From the NCBI GenBank assembly GCA_047495785.1, contig JBLDXI010000029.1:2046001-2110000 (forward strand): DNA of 64,000 nucleotides. The letters run 5' to 3'. Origin of the DNA: Lepidodermella squamata. Its lineage: Eukaryota; Animalia; Gastrotricha. A program made the translations under genes and the position numbers. Under the pieces are notes generated by a model, which was not told the DNA's origin, searched no databases, and saw only the letters and a list, made by a program, of their open reading frames with translations. Positions 12,092-24,546 of the stretch are shown here, in pieces (position 1 is the first letter of the stretch; every line of letters starts with the position of its first letter).

Positions 12092-14428
12092 ATGGCATCT
12101 ACACCTGTACTTTTAATTCTCCTCATCTTAGCAATTGACCAGATTGAATCTCGAAAGCCGTTCCGCTTGCGAACACTATTCCACATCCCCTTGTTTCTGA
12201 ACGCAGGAGATTTCAGGAACTGTCGGTGGGCCTTCCAAGCTGCTTATGAATTCGCAAACAATCGTTCAGACATTCTGCCCGACTACCATCTCGAATTCGA
12301 ACATCGCGACGAAGGACCTCAAAGCTCTCTGGCAACGTCGACGAGCATCAACTTTATGCGGTCAATGTTTGACTCATCAGAGCCAGGTATATACCTATCC
12401 CCCGTAACAGTCGGCATCACCTATACCCCAGGCTGTAAGAGTTGGGGAAGAGCTGCGTCTCATATGAATATGGTGATGATAGCTTGGGCTTGCCAGTCGC
12501 CCAGTCAAGCAAATCGACGGGACCTGTACCCCAACTTATGGCGTCTCAGGGCTTCGACTCAACTAACAATAATGGCTAGACTCAGCTTTATCAAGCTGTT
12601 CACCCCATGGAGGAAAACTGCAGTTGTATTTCCGGCCACTGAAAATACCATAGGGTTAGAGGCTGCTAGCTACACGGTAGCAATGAATAATAAATTCGGC
12701 TTGGGTGTCCAGACGATAGAAGCCAGTTCAGACTTCAACGATGATTTGATGCAATCATTCATCAAAAAAGACATCAGAATTTTTTCTGTCGAAAATTCCG
12801 ATGTTTTCATCATGGTCCCTTTCCTTTGTCAGGCATACAGAAACGGTATAAGGGGGGATAAGTACATGTTCATTACATTTATCACCGCCTATATGGATCC
12901 CAACATTTTTCCTACTGCTTTGTACCCGAAGAACTGTAACATCTCGATTTATAAGGAGCAAGCCGAAAGAGTGATTTATTTCGGTGCCCTTTCTCAACTT
13001 GCAAATGGTAACGACGGTGTAACAAAAGACTATTTGGGAAACACCCTGTCAGAGTTCGATGCTTACTTAAGATCGAACTATCCAGTTGATATGAAAATGG
13101 CTGATTATCCACTGAGATACTTCTGCTATGATTCTGCTCTGCATTCCATCGTCACGCTGGCTGAGTCGGAGAAACTTCTTAACAGCCAGAACTCGACTCT
13201 TAGGAACTTTAAGGAAGATCCTCGAAACGTGATGCTAGCTGTGAATCAAAGTATTGGCAACATAAGATATAGGAATCTACAACACGGCCTATTTTACTAT
13301 TCTGCGAATATGGAGATGGACTACGAAACTCAACTGGTAGCTACCTGGTCGCAGCAGCAGACCGGCCTCCGAGTAAGGTACGCCATATCTTTGGATGGTA
13401 ACGCCACAGTAAGTAACGACACGTCATTATTCAAAATACGAACGATTGCGCCTTTCGCGCCAAATTTCCTACCCAAAGATGCAGCTTTTGAAGAATTCGT
13501 CGATGATGGGATCCCTGTTTCGTTATTTAGTGTCCTGACAACAACAGCTTGCCTGATCGTAATATGTCAAATCAGCGGCATTTCCATTATCATTTCGTCT
13601 GATAATAAGAATCTCGCGCGAAAAATTGATGACTTCATGGTGTTACTGAGTTTCATACTGTTAGCAGGAGGTTCTATTGTTCTTGCAACTCCAACCGTAA
13701 TGCGTGGCAATGCTGTTTGTGAGGCAAGCGTATCCACCGTCGTTTTGGGGTTATCTCTTCTCTATAGCTTTTTGGTATTTCGTTTGAGGTCCGCCTTCCA
13801 TATCTTGCGGCAAAATGCCACTCGCCAAAATCGTGCTCCGAATGCTTCTGAGAAGGAGAGTTCATTCGTAATCAGGACGCTTGCTTTTTTGCTCCTTACT
13901 TTTGTCGTCCTCATCTCTTGGTTTACGTCGGATCCTTACCCCGCAGTGTTTTCCAAGCCGGAAAACTCAAGGTATTACATTGCGGAAATCGATACTTATC
14001 TAGAGATGTATTCTATAACCTGCGAATCGAAGTTTACGGGGCAATGGTTGGCTGCTCTTCTGGCATTGCATCTCGCCCTACTTGGGATAGGTGTAATTTA
14101 TGTGGTGAAACTTGTTGGGAATCGTTACTTGCCGTATTATCCCTTCGTGAAGCGATTAGCTGTAGCCATAGCTTTCTCTTCAACTTTATTTCTTGCACTT
14201 ACAGCCGTGGTATTCATGCTGAAAACGACCAGCGGGCAGAATGTTGCAGTCGCAGTGGGGTTGCAGATTCAGTCAGGCCTGGTCGCCGCTTTGCTGTACG
14301 TCAAAGTTGGCAACGGTTCAGATATTGCAGGTGAAGTGGTGCCTCGACTACCGTCATCGCAAATGATGAGCCGATTTGACGCGATAACTCGGAAGGCCAC
14401 CACTGCCCACGGAACTCGCAATCGATAA
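12092..14428 (+). CDS. Class C GPCR, subfamily A, intronless
   Basis: ATG 12092 gives signal peptide MASTPVLLILLILAIDQIES. Collinear with 484-2835 (VFT plus 7TM). Confidence 0.85.
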   Translation: MASTPVLLILLILAIDQIESRKPFRLRTLFHIPLFLNAGDFRNCRWAFQAAYEFANNRSDILPDYHLEFEHRDEGPQSSLATSTSINFMRSMFDSSEPGIYLSPVTVGITYTPGCKSWGRAASHMNMVMIAWACQSPSQANRRDLYPNLWRLRASTQLTIMARLSFIKLFTPWRKTAVVFPATENTIGLEAASYTVAMNNKFGLGVQTIEASSDFNDDLMQSFIKKDIRIFSVENSDVFIMVPFLCQAYRNGIRGDKYMFITFITAYMDPNIFPTALYPKNCNISIYKEQAERVIYFGALSQLANGNDGVTKDYLGNTLSEFDAYLRSNYPVDMKMADYPLRYFCYDSALHSIVTLAESEKLLNSQNSTLRNFKEDPRNVMLAVNQSIGNIRYRNLQHGLFYYSANMEMDYETQLVATWSQQQTGLRVRYAISLDGNATVSNDTSLFKIRTIAPFAPNFLPKDAAFEEFVDDGIPVSLFSVLTTTACLIVICQISGISIIISSDNKNLARKIDDFMVLLSFILLAGGSIVLATPTVMRGNAVCEASVSTVVLGLSLLYSFLVFRLRSAFHILRQNATRQNRAPNASEKESSFVIRTLAFLLLTFVVLISWFTSDPYPAVFSKPENSRYYIAEIDTYLEMYSITCESKFTGQWLAALLALHLALLGIGVIYVVKLVGNRYLPYYPFVKRLAVAIAFSSTLFLALTAVVFMLKTTSGQNVAVAVGLQIQSGLVAALLYVKVGNGSDIAGEVVPRLPSSQMMSRFDAITRKATTAHGTRNR

Positions 14429-15408
14429 AGCGCACACTCGGCTAAACTGCTTGCATTGTCAAATAAACTGTACTTGTGGAATTTATGTTGTGCAGCTATC
14501 TAAAAGTGAACAAAACACAGTCATCGCCCGCGTTACTTAGATAAAAGTTGTAATTACCATTCTGCCCTTCTCATTAATTGTAATGATGCTTCTATTGCGA
14601 AACTTCATCATACATATTCAACGTATCGATTCGGAAGTTGTCAGTTTTTGAAATATAATAAAAAAAGTATAGTGAAGGCATAGAGAGCTAAATACCTTAC
14701 GGGCCAAATACGCCTATTTGCGTGTAGGAAATTTTGCAGAAAATGGCCGTAATTTGCGTGGGCGAAATTGTTGCTTTTTCGCGATTGTCTTCTTCATCAT
14801 CTGAATGCCTGAAAATCTGGACTACACATGTGATAAAATCAATTAAAACCTGAATAACCAAAATTGCAAGTCGATATAGGCTCGGTAAATTTAAAATTTA
14901 ACCCTCTTTGAGTTTTTTTCAAATGAGCAAAATATGAATATTATTTCTCGGTGTCTTCTCTGAGTATATGTTAATGATCAGAGCCTTCTTCTTTTATGGC
15001 TGGAGGCTGGATCAAAATATTGGCAAAGATGGACAAGGAAATTCAACTTTCCTTTCACTTATCCGCGCGAAAATGAGATTTACAAAAACATGTTTCACCT
15101 TTATGAATTGAGCAAGTTCTACGTTCGTCTTCATAAAATTGTATTAACCTTTCAGTTGAACACATAGTTTTGATCGTTTGCCCTTGCGGTCTTATGTCCC
15201 TTTTCAATTTAATTCAAAATATGAGTAAATAACCACTGTATTTTCCAAGTTATTAAATTTATTATCATCATTATATTGTGAAAGTGTGCATTGATTGCAT
15301 CTTGATCACATAATAATTTTCTTATTTCCTAACAAAGTTCTTTTGAGAATTGCAATATCCGCTACAGCTTGCTACTGATTTCAGGCTTCTTCATGTCTCG
15401 TTGTTCGC

Positions 15409-16661
15409 TTAGGCGGTCTTGACGGTGACGGGGCGGGTGTTGTTGATGAGCTGGCTGTGCTGGGCGGTGAAGCGGCCGTTGTAGCCCATCGAGGGCAGCA
15501 TGCCGGCGAAAGCGGTCTGCTGCAGCAGCTGCGACATGACCGGCGACTTGGCAATCTCCTCGGTGGTCATCTTCGGCAGCTCGCACTCGACAACAAGGTA
15601 GCCCTCGGCGGTCTGGTACGACTTGAGCTCAACCTTCGACAGGTCAATCTTGGCAAGAGTCTGCAAAAATTCGAACAATTATGATTGCATTTCGAGAAAT
15701 CGAAGAGAGAAATTACCTCGGGCAGGACGAACTTGCGCGAGTACTTGCGGCTGATCTGGTGCTCCTTGCCGTCCTTGGCCTCGTGGGCAGCCTCGATGAC
15801 GACGGCGCGCTCAGTCTTGTTCAGGGTGACGGTGATCTCCTCCGGCTTGTAGCTCTTCAGGGCGAAGACGAGGCACAGCTGGCGGTTGCCCTCGATGTCG
15901 ACGACGCGGATCGGGTTCGACAGGGTGTACAGCTCGACCTCCGACGACGGGCGGAAGGCGACGTTGGACAGCTTGTCGTGGTGGGACCAGGTGTTGTCGA
16001 TGGCGGAGAACAGTTCGGGGCGGGGGGTGGTCATCCACGAGGCCGGGTTGGCGCCGGTCCACTGGCGGGCGAAGACCTGGGCGGCGATGCGCTGGCAGAT
16101 GTCGGCGAACAGCTGCTGGCCGATGCGGGCGGCCTGCTCGGTCTCGACCGGGCCGCAGCCGAGGCGCTGGGCGACGGTGGCGCCGAGACGGGCACCCTGC
16201 TCGGCGGCGCGGATGACGCAGCGACGGCTGGTGATCTCAGCGTCGACCGGGGCGAGGGCGAGCTCGACGGCGATCTCGGCGCAGATCTCAGCACCCCACT
16301 GGGCGGCGATCGGCTGGACGAGCTGCGGCTGGGCCATCGGGGCCATGCGGGCGGCGACGATGTGGGCCAGCTGGGCGCCGGTCTCGGCTCCGTAGGCGCG
16401 GGCAATCTCAACCGGGCGCTCGATGGGGCTCGAGTACTGGGTCGGGACGCGGGCGAACGAGGTCGGCATGACCGGGCTGGCGTTGATCATCGACGGGGCC
16501 GGGGCGACGAAGGTGTTGTTGATGAGGCTGCGCTCGTTGCTCAGGGTCGAGTAGATGTCGACCTTGTTGCGGAGCAGGCTCTCGACGTTGACCGGGCTGG
16601 CGTAGCCGGCGATCGGGGCGGCGGTCGGGTAGGTCGGTTGGAAGGTGTAGGTGGCGGCCAT
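15409..16661 (-). CDS. Large small heat-shock (alpha-crystallin domain) protein, about 398 aa, 2 exons (16661-15717, 15660-15409)
   Basis: Alpha-crystallin signature FALKSYKPEEITV...VIEAAHE...ISRKYSRKFVLPE|TLAKIDLSKVELKSYQTAEGYLVVE, joined by a 56-nt GT-AG intron. Very high GC3. Confidence 0.85.
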
Positions 16662-16969
16662 TTTGATTTCGAGTGAAGAAAAACACGTAAAGCGAATTAA
16701 AGAGAAGATGAAGCTTTGAAATTGCAAGCGAGAGCGATTGATGATTGAAACGTAGTAAAATCGACCTTTTTAAACCATCAAAGCACGCGACTTAATTGCC
16801 ACTTCACATAGAAATAGATGAAGCACGCGTTTTAGGACACGCTTCTACTCAACCTGGCGTCCTCGTGGAAAGGTTTCTGCTAAAAATACATTTTTGAAAC
16901 AATTTCATTTTTTATTTTCTTTCAGAAAATATTTGGAAATTTCAAGTTCGAATATCGTTAATCGCGGGT

Positions 16970-18747
16970 TCAATAATTTTGGAGTAGAAATAGTACAACA
17001 ATTGCCAATAAATGATTCTTCGAATTAGCAGCTGAGTTTGAGCTGTAGTCTCCAATCGAACACTGGGGATTGTCTGCGTTGATGCCATTCAGCTGCAAGC
17101 CGTTGCATTCACTGCCGCAGCACGAACACACGTTTTCGACAGGTTCACTATCCGTTGGCGAAATATAGCTGAATTCGCAATTATTGCTCGTGAAGCTCGA
17201 AGCGCCCCACTCGTACTGCGCAACGCCATTAACAATTCGCATTGATTTCTAAACAAATCAATTTTTATTTTTCATTAAATATATTTTTATTTATAATTTA
17301 ACAAATTAATTTTTAAATTTTTATTTTGAATTAATTCAATTTTTTTTAATAATTTTCTATAAATTTTAGTTTTTTATATCTCAAATTATAAAAAACTCAC
17401 GTAGCATTGCTCCAGCTCTGTTACAGGCAATGGTGGTGAAATTAATTGATTTAACATTGGACTATTGCCCTATAAAAATTCAAAAATAAATAAATAGGTG
17501 TATTATACTAAAATATTCGAATTTCTTTCTACCTTGTGAATGAAGCATCGTTTTTCCGAGAGTTCAGGCGGCCGCGAGCAAGCATCGTCGAGCTGTTCAT
17601 CGTTGCATAAATCGCCGCAGCAAGTGCAAATTGCGTACCGAATCGCATCTCGATCATACGTTGTAATAGCCGCTGATTCGCCGCAATTTATTGCCACTTG
17701 CGACGGCCGGCGGTATTCCATGCAGCCCCATTGGTACCAGGCGGCCTTGTGCCGGTTCGGATTGACGTTCGAAATTCGCATTTTCTACAAGTACAAATAC
17801 AGCAAAATTTGAAATTAATGTAAAAAAATAAAAAAAGCAATATGAAGGAATTATAAATAACATTATTTTTTCGATCCAATTAACTGAATCCAGAACCAGA
17901 CCCGCCGAATAAACAAAATTTTGCAGAATTTTACGATCAATTTTTATTAATTCAAATAATTACAGAAATATTTCAAATAATATATAAAATAAGTATCCCA
18001 ATGTTTCATATTAAAATAATTCCAGGATTAATATCTAGTAAATAGGGATTAAAATACAGCGTGTCTCATTCGGAATACTACACAGAAAGGGTTTGGAAAC
18101 TCCAATTGAGAGACCACATCTCATGACCAGAAAAATTTTAGAAAAATTCAAGAAATCACTAGAATAGTAATCGAGTATGTCATTTGTTAATGGGATTTAA
18201 AAAATCCGGAGAAATTTGATCCAAACTGGTAAATACCGAAAATTACCGAACCAGTTACCATCGGGATTTTCCGGGTTTTCTCCGGAAATTTTTTTATTAT
18301 TCGATTAGTTGAATTTTCAACAAAGTTACCAAATTAAAAAATAGTCGCTCAACGACTAGGACAGCCTACAGGGTCTTACTTTGGGCAGAACCAAATTTTA
18401 AATTTTTAAACCCGTTTTTCGAAACTTTCATTGATAGGGTGAATATTCTTAAAAATTTCTAAATAATTCTAGATTTCAAGATGATCTATATATATATATT
18501 TATACTCGATATTCAGAATTTTCTGATGTGAGAGACCGAAAAATAATAAAAAACTAACATAGCAGACTGCTTTCGGCGTCTCACAGGTGATTTGCTCAGC
18601 CTCTTCTGGAATCGTGCTGTGGGGGCTCTGCGCCTCGAAGCATTCAAGCGCGATATTTGAGGTGACCGCGACCGCGAAAATGAGAAAAATTACGGCAAAA
18701 ATTTGAATTCGCCACGGCGCAATTCGGCCGACTTTAAAACGCTTCAT
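16970..18747 (-). CDS. GPI-anchored Ly6/three-finger (LU/quiver-like) protein with two domains; exons 18747-18559, 17784-17533, 17469-17401, 17248-16970
   Basis: Signal peptide then LECF, two CCxxxxCN motifs (CCGDLCN, CCGSECN) and a C-terminal hydrophobic tail. All junctions are phase-0 GT-AG and stay in frame. Confidence 0.75.
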
Positions 18748-20548
18748 CGTGAAAAATAGGTGTAATGCGTGGGGCGTCGGGCGGCGAATATTATTAGGCA
18801 CCCACACACCGCCAGGCATTAAATGCGCGGTGGCTTACAGAAATCTTTCCGATTACAGAAGGCGATAATCGAAAGTAAACCGTGAACGCAGTTTTGTTTA
18901 CCATCCTGCGCTGCGTGGCGCTGTAAAAGATTTGTGCTCGTAATTCCTTATTGCTAAACACGGCCCTAGATGAGGGCTGAGCAGCAGCAGCAGCAGCAGC
19001 AATAAACAACGGATTTTTTTATTCGCAATATAAATTGCGCGTTATTAGCGCGATTCCCTGAGCGGCAAACACACTGCGAACTGCAAAAGATGCGTCACGA
19101 ATATTCTCACTTTTTTCCGAAAATAGCAAGTGAAGTTTATTTAAACAAATTGCTATGAATCATATTATCGAGGGTTGAGCGCCTAGAATAGATAAAATGG
19201 CGGCGTAAAACTATATTTTGTATCTTCGCAAAATCCATAGAGATGATAAAGAGCTCACTCGCCATCGAAACATGAGACGCCATTTGGCAGGGGAATAGCT
19301 GATTGTCTCGACAAAGAAATGAACTCATTAAAAATAAATGAACTAGCAGTTTGCTTCTTGATTCCACGATCGTGCTTCGGGTCATCGATAGAGTGCGAAA
19401 AGGTACCAAATTAAAATTGGAAACCTTCTCAGTTGCTGTCAGGGTAAAAAACGGACTGAGTAAGACGTAAAAGCATGCTCGAAGTGATCTAAAAGTGTAG
19501 ACAATTCTGGAATAAGTGGGTGCTCTTATGTCTTCCGCGCTTTTATCAGCACCCAGATCCAGAAAAAGCCTTGTAGATTATGAAAATGAACTTCGGAATT
19601 TCCTAGTAATTATAGTTTATTTTATCGAACTTCAAAAGTAGTGAAAAAATCGGGCAACTAACAGAGGGGGCTTTTAGTCCCGAAACGTCGCATAATGATA
19701 TCATAGTATGTTGAGATGAGCAGCCTCCATACAGCCTTGCCAGATTGAAGTATAGCCAAACCTTTTCCGCGGAAGTATCCCGCTTTCGGGAAAGCATTTA
19801 CCCATGCTTTTTAAATCGCGCGGCTGTTATATTCGAGGCTTTGATAACCTTTGGACCCAATATTTAAGTGCAATTTTAGTAATTGTAATTTAAGGGCTAT
19901 TATTCGAGGTAGGATACGATTCGCTAGAACACTTGAATGACCGAAGGTGTTGAGGCAAGTTACAGATCGGGGCCGCGCGAGTCTGTGGTTTTTATCCGGT
20001 GTGCCTGACTTGGCAACTGAATGATCCGGTTCTGAGTATATGAATATGAGCAATGTTAAAATAGGTGTCATTAACAAAATCGCGCATCTTCTCAATTTGA
20101 ATTAGCGTTTTCGCGAATTTCTGTTGGCCAAATTTATTACCTATAGCGAAATAGCGAACATAGCACATCAAGTACTCGCGACTCGAGAGATTCAGACTAA
20201 AGCCGACAACATAAGTACCCACGCGCTCGTGCCCATAGTTATCCGGAACAGAGATTTTCTTGTAGGTTGCATCCGGCTGATATTGCGCTGAATAATAGCT
20301 GCATTATTGCCCAATAACAGGAAAAAGTTACATCCAGAGACAGGAGCACGCTACTTACAAAATTGTCCGCTCAGATGCACATGTGTTAAGCAATCGCAAG
20401 CGGAAATTCCTGGAAAGGTGGAAAGCGAATACGTTGATGCGAAAAATTAATAGCCGCGGGGGTAGGGCAGCAAGAATATTAGAAACAGTATCATTCAGTC
20501 TCAAGTTGATACGTTCAATCTTAATAAACGTTTTGCAACGCATTCATC

Positions 20549-22816
20549 ATGCTAATTCCTAATTGTTTGTCTTTGATCTTGTTCTGCTCCATTCTCATTG
20601 TCTCGGTTGAAGACGCTGAAGCTCGAAAGCCGTACCGCTTGCGAACACTATTCCACGTTCCGTTGTTTCTAAATGTGGGAGATTTCAGACACTGTCGATG
20701 GGCATTCCAGACAGCTTACGACTTCGCAAATAATCGCTCTGATATTCTGCCAGACTATCACCTCGAATTTGAACATCGCGATGAAGGGCCTCAAAGTATG
20801 CTGGCAACGTCCACAAGCATAAACTTCATGCGTTCGATGATGGACTCGACAGAGCCTGGTTTATATCTTGCCCCAGTAACAGTGGGCGTGTCTTATACCC
20901 CCGGTTGTAAGAGTTGGGGCAGAGCTGCGTCTTATATGGACATGGTAATGATAGCAGCGAATTGCATCTCGCCCAGTCAAGCGAACCGCCGAGACTTATA
21001 CCCTAACCTGTGGCGTATCAAAGCTTCAACCAAGTTGACCATAATGGCTAGACTCAGCTTTATCAAACAGCTTACCTCATGGAAGAAAGCTGCAGTTCTC
21101 TTTCCGGTCAGTGAGAACTCCTTTGGATTGGAGGCAGCCACTTACACAATAGCAATGAATATTCAATTCGGCTTCGGAATTCAGACTATTGAAGCGAGTT
21201 CAGACTTCAACGATGATTTGATGCAGTCGTTCATCGAAAAGGACATCCGCATTTTTTTATTTGAAAATGGCGATGCCTTCATCATGGTACCTTTCCTGTG
21301 TCAGGCCTTCAAAAACGGGATAAAGGGTGAAAGATACATGTTCCTCTCGTTCATCTACGCGTACATGGATCCCAACGTTTTTCCAGCCTATTTGTATCCG
21401 AAGGACTGTAACATTTCTATCTACAAAGAACAAGCTGAACGAGTGTTGTATTTTGGCGCTTATTCGCAACTTCCAATTGCTAATGACGGGATAAGCAAAG
21501 ACTACCTAGGAAACACATTGTCTGAATTCGATACCTTCTTCAAATCGAAGTATCCAGTCGATATGAAAACGGCTGATTATCCTCTGCGATACTTTTGCTA
21601 CGATTCTGCTTTGCATTCTATCGTCACGCTGGCTGCGTCTGAGAAGCTTTTAAACAGCCGGAACTTGACTCTCAGGAACTTTAAGGATGATCCTCGAAAC
21701 GTGATGCTCGCTGTAAATGAAAGTATTGGCAATGTAAGGTACAGAAACATGCAGCACGGCTATTTTCACTATTCTGCGAGAATGGAGATGGACTATGAGG
21801 CACAGCTGGTCGCAACCTGGTCTCAGCAGACCGGACTTCGGGCAAGGTATGCCATATCTCTAGATGACAGTGCCACAACAGGGAACGATACTTCGCTTTT
21901 CAAAATACGAGTGGTTGCGCCTTTCGCGCCAAATTATCTACCGAAAGATGCTGCTGTCGAGGAATACGTTGATATCGGGATCCCTTATTCTGTTTTTAGC
22001 ATCTTAACAGCAACAGCCTGCATGGTCGTAATTTGCCAAATCAGTGGCATTTCCTATACATTTTCCTCTGAAAAGAAAAATCTCAAAATCAAAATAGACG
22101 ACTTTCTTGGGATGCTGGGTTTTCTCATTCTGGCATGTGGCTCAATGCTTCTCGCAACTCCGACAAATTTGCGTACCAATGCTGTTTGTCAAACAACAAT
22201 CTTCGCCGCAACATTGGGGTTGTCTCTGCTATACAGCATCATAGTCTTTCGCTTCTGGTCCGCTTTCAAAATTTTGCGGCAAAATGCGGCTCGCCTACGA
22301 CGGGCTCCGAATCTTGTCAAAGAAGAAGCATCCTTCCCAATCAGGGCCCTGCTGTTTGTCCTACTCAACTTCATCATTGCAATATCATGGGCTGTATCTG
22401 ATCCCTACCATTTCGCTCTCGCCAAGCCGGAAAATTCCAGGTACTACGTCGCTGATATCGATACTTACGTAGAGATGTATTCTATCACCTGCGTATCGAA
22501 TTTTACGGGTCAATGGTTGGCTGCTCTTCTGGCATTGCATCTCGCCCTACTTGGGATAGGTGTAATTTACGTTGTGAAACTCAAAGGCAATCGATACTTG
22601 CGGTATTATCCGTTCGTGAAGCGATTAGCTGTGGCTATTGCTGCATCGTCAACTTTATTCCTGGCTCTTACTGCCGTGGTCTTTATGCTGAAATCGACTA
22701 GCGCGCAGAATATTGCAGTAGCAGTTGGATTGCAGATTCAGTCAGGTATAATCGCCGCTTTGCTGTATGTCAAAGTTGGGAACGGATCTGCGGGTGGAGC
22801 AAAGAGACGTAGATAG
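20549..22816 (+). CDS. Class C GPCR, subfamily A, shortened C-tail
   Basis: 755 aa, collinear with paralogs. Diverges after KVGNGS and stops early. Confidence 0.85.
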   Translation: MLIPNCLSLILFCSILIVSVEDAEARKPYRLRTLFHVPLFLNVGDFRHCRWAFQTAYDFANNRSDILPDYHLEFEHRDEGPQSMLATSTSINFMRSMMDSTEPGLYLAPVTVGVSYTPGCKSWGRAASYMDMVMIAANCISPSQANRRDLYPNLWRIKASTKLTIMARLSFIKQLTSWKKAAVLFPVSENSFGLEAATYTIAMNIQFGFGIQTIEASSDFNDDLMQSFIEKDIRIFLFENGDAFIMVPFLCQAFKNGIKGERYMFLSFIYAYMDPNVFPAYLYPKDCNISIYKEQAERVLYFGAYSQLPIANDGISKDYLGNTLSEFDTFFKSKYPVDMKTADYPLRYFCYDSALHSIVTLAASEKLLNSRNLTLRNFKDDPRNVMLAVNESIGNVRYRNMQHGYFHYSARMEMDYEAQLVATWSQQTGLRARYAISLDDSATTGNDTSLFKIRVVAPFAPNYLPKDAAVEEYVDIGIPYSVFSILTATACMVVICQISGISYTFSSEKKNLKIKIDDFLGMLGFLILACGSMLLATPTNLRTNAVCQTTIFAATLGLSLLYSIIVFRFWSAFKILRQNAARLRRAPNLVKEEASFPIRALLFVLLNFIIAISWAVSDPYHFALAKPENSRYYVADIDTYVEMYSITCVSNFTGQWLAALLALHLALLGIGVIYVVKLKGNRYLRYYPFVKRLAVAIAASSTLFLALTAVVFMLKSTSAQNIAVAVGLQIQSGIIAALLYVKVGNGSAGGAKRRR

Positions 22817-22859
22817 GACGCCACAGCTGGGCTCTTTACAACAAGCATTGAGATCAGAT

Positions 22860-24546
22860 CATAGACAATAATGTTACAGATCGGACACTCACACACTTCG
22901 CATTGAAATTTAATTATGAACTTTGTACCGTGGATCGGCCATTATAAATTTGGCCGAAAAAAAGCATATCTCATAAATTCTTGGAAAAAATATCAAAAAA
23001 TCAGGCATTTTTTGACGGTCATAATGGACCAAACCCTGTCGCGCGAATCGGCTTCGTTATCGAGAAAATCAATATCGAAAAATCGATTATTTGCACACTG
23101 TAAAGCTGTGTTGCGTAATCATTACTCATTCGAAGAAAAAGACTAGTAGTGAGAAAAACTGCTCTGATTGCACACACTTGGATTATGAGTCCCATTAGCA
23201 GAAACGGCAGGAAATTTTCTAATTCAACTTTTAAGGAGGAATTTTACATAAAAAATCTCCATGTAATTAAAATCCACCTTAATTTCTCGAAACTATGTAG
23301 GCTTTTTTCATCCGAATTTTAGTCTTCTAGGCTTTGCCTGGTGCAGAGAAAAACTATGTGATTCAGAGCAAATTTCGATCATTTCGTCAACGGCGACGAG
23401 ACGAATGATGGTGAGCCACCCTAACGAAGGTAGTAAACATTTATCAAAGTTTATTTTTGAAAATTTCTAACATTTCCAAAAATGCCGGAAAAATCAATTT
23501 CATTATTGAAATCCAGAACATGAATACTAAAGGTTCTATGCCAATTGAGCAAACGAAAATTGAGCAACGAAAATAGAGCAAGGGCTTTTGAGCAACGATA
23601 TTAGAGCAAACGAAATTAGAGCAAAACGACACGAGAGCAAATTTTATTTACAATAAATAACAGCTGCAATTAATTATTAAATTTGCTCTCGTGTCGTTTT
23701 GCTCTAATCTCGTTTTGCTCAAAAGTCATTTTGCACTAATTTCGTTTGCTCAGAAGTCGTTTTGCTCTAATTTCGTTTGCTCTAATATCGTTGCTCAAAA
23801 GCCCTTGCTCTATTTTCGTTGCTCAATTTTCGTTTGCTCAATTGGCATAGAACCATACTAAATACATTATAAAATAATTAAAATTAAAATTAGTTTAAAT
23901 TCTGTTTAATTCAACTTTGCACCGCTTGTTCTTATCATTATCAATTCTTTTAAAGGTCGCCAAGCATCAGGATTTCACAAATCGGGCCGAGTCGAAGGCC
24001 ACTGCGAGCTACTTACATATGCATGCAGCGATTTAAACCCGAAAACGACCCGGTGTACCCGGCCTATGGTTTAATCGTATTAATTCCATCGCTTGCCTGA
24101 AATCTCGCGAACCAACCCAGAAAAGCACCAGAAAACTATGACATGTTGCTATCTAGCTTGATAGTTCACTAAATTATACGATGATTTTTAACTGAATCAT
24201 GCCTTGAGAGATAAATAAATAAAACAACATGGTGCCAAATGCTTGTGTTTTCGTGAAAAAACATGTGGCCCCGCGAAAAAAAATGAAATAAGGACTCAAC
24301 AAATAAATTTTAATGCAAATTTTTGTTTTTCAATTTAAAAATCAACGGCATCAAATCGCGCGATGAGCCTTTGATCTTTAGAAACCTTGAAAGACGGAGA
24401 TTCTTTCCATAAAAATTTCAAAATTTTTGGAGATATGCTTATTTTTCCACCTTTTAAATCAATGCATTCAAATTAGTGTGCAAATTTATGGTTTAACGAC
24501 AACAGGCAAGTGCGTGAGTGTCCGATCTGTTACATCATTGTCTATG
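22860..24546. mobile_element. Non-autonomous DNA transposon, P-element-like
   Basis: About 39-bp imperfect TIRs (CATAGACAATAATGTTACAGATCGGACACTCAC... / ...GTGAGTGTCCGATCTGTTACATCATTGTCTATG). 8-bp TSD GATCAGAT at 22852-22859 and 24547-24554. Confidence 0.8.
23532..23854. mobile_element. Foldback-type MITE nested in the P-like element
   Basis: Near-whole-length palindrome GGTTCTATGCCAATTGAGC...GCTCAATTGGCATAGAACC built from GAGCAA subrepeats. 8-bp TSD ATACTAAA at 23524-23531 and 23855-23862. Confidence 0.85.

Noticed and set aside
15681-16676. 331-aa antisense ORF and other overlapping ORFs on the sHSP
   Set aside because: Shadow of extreme GC3 codon bias on the opposite strand; no domain features.
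18981-19001. (GCA)7 microsatellite as poly-Ala/Gln coding sequence
   Set aside because: Lies upstream of the Ly6 gene start with no supported exon.
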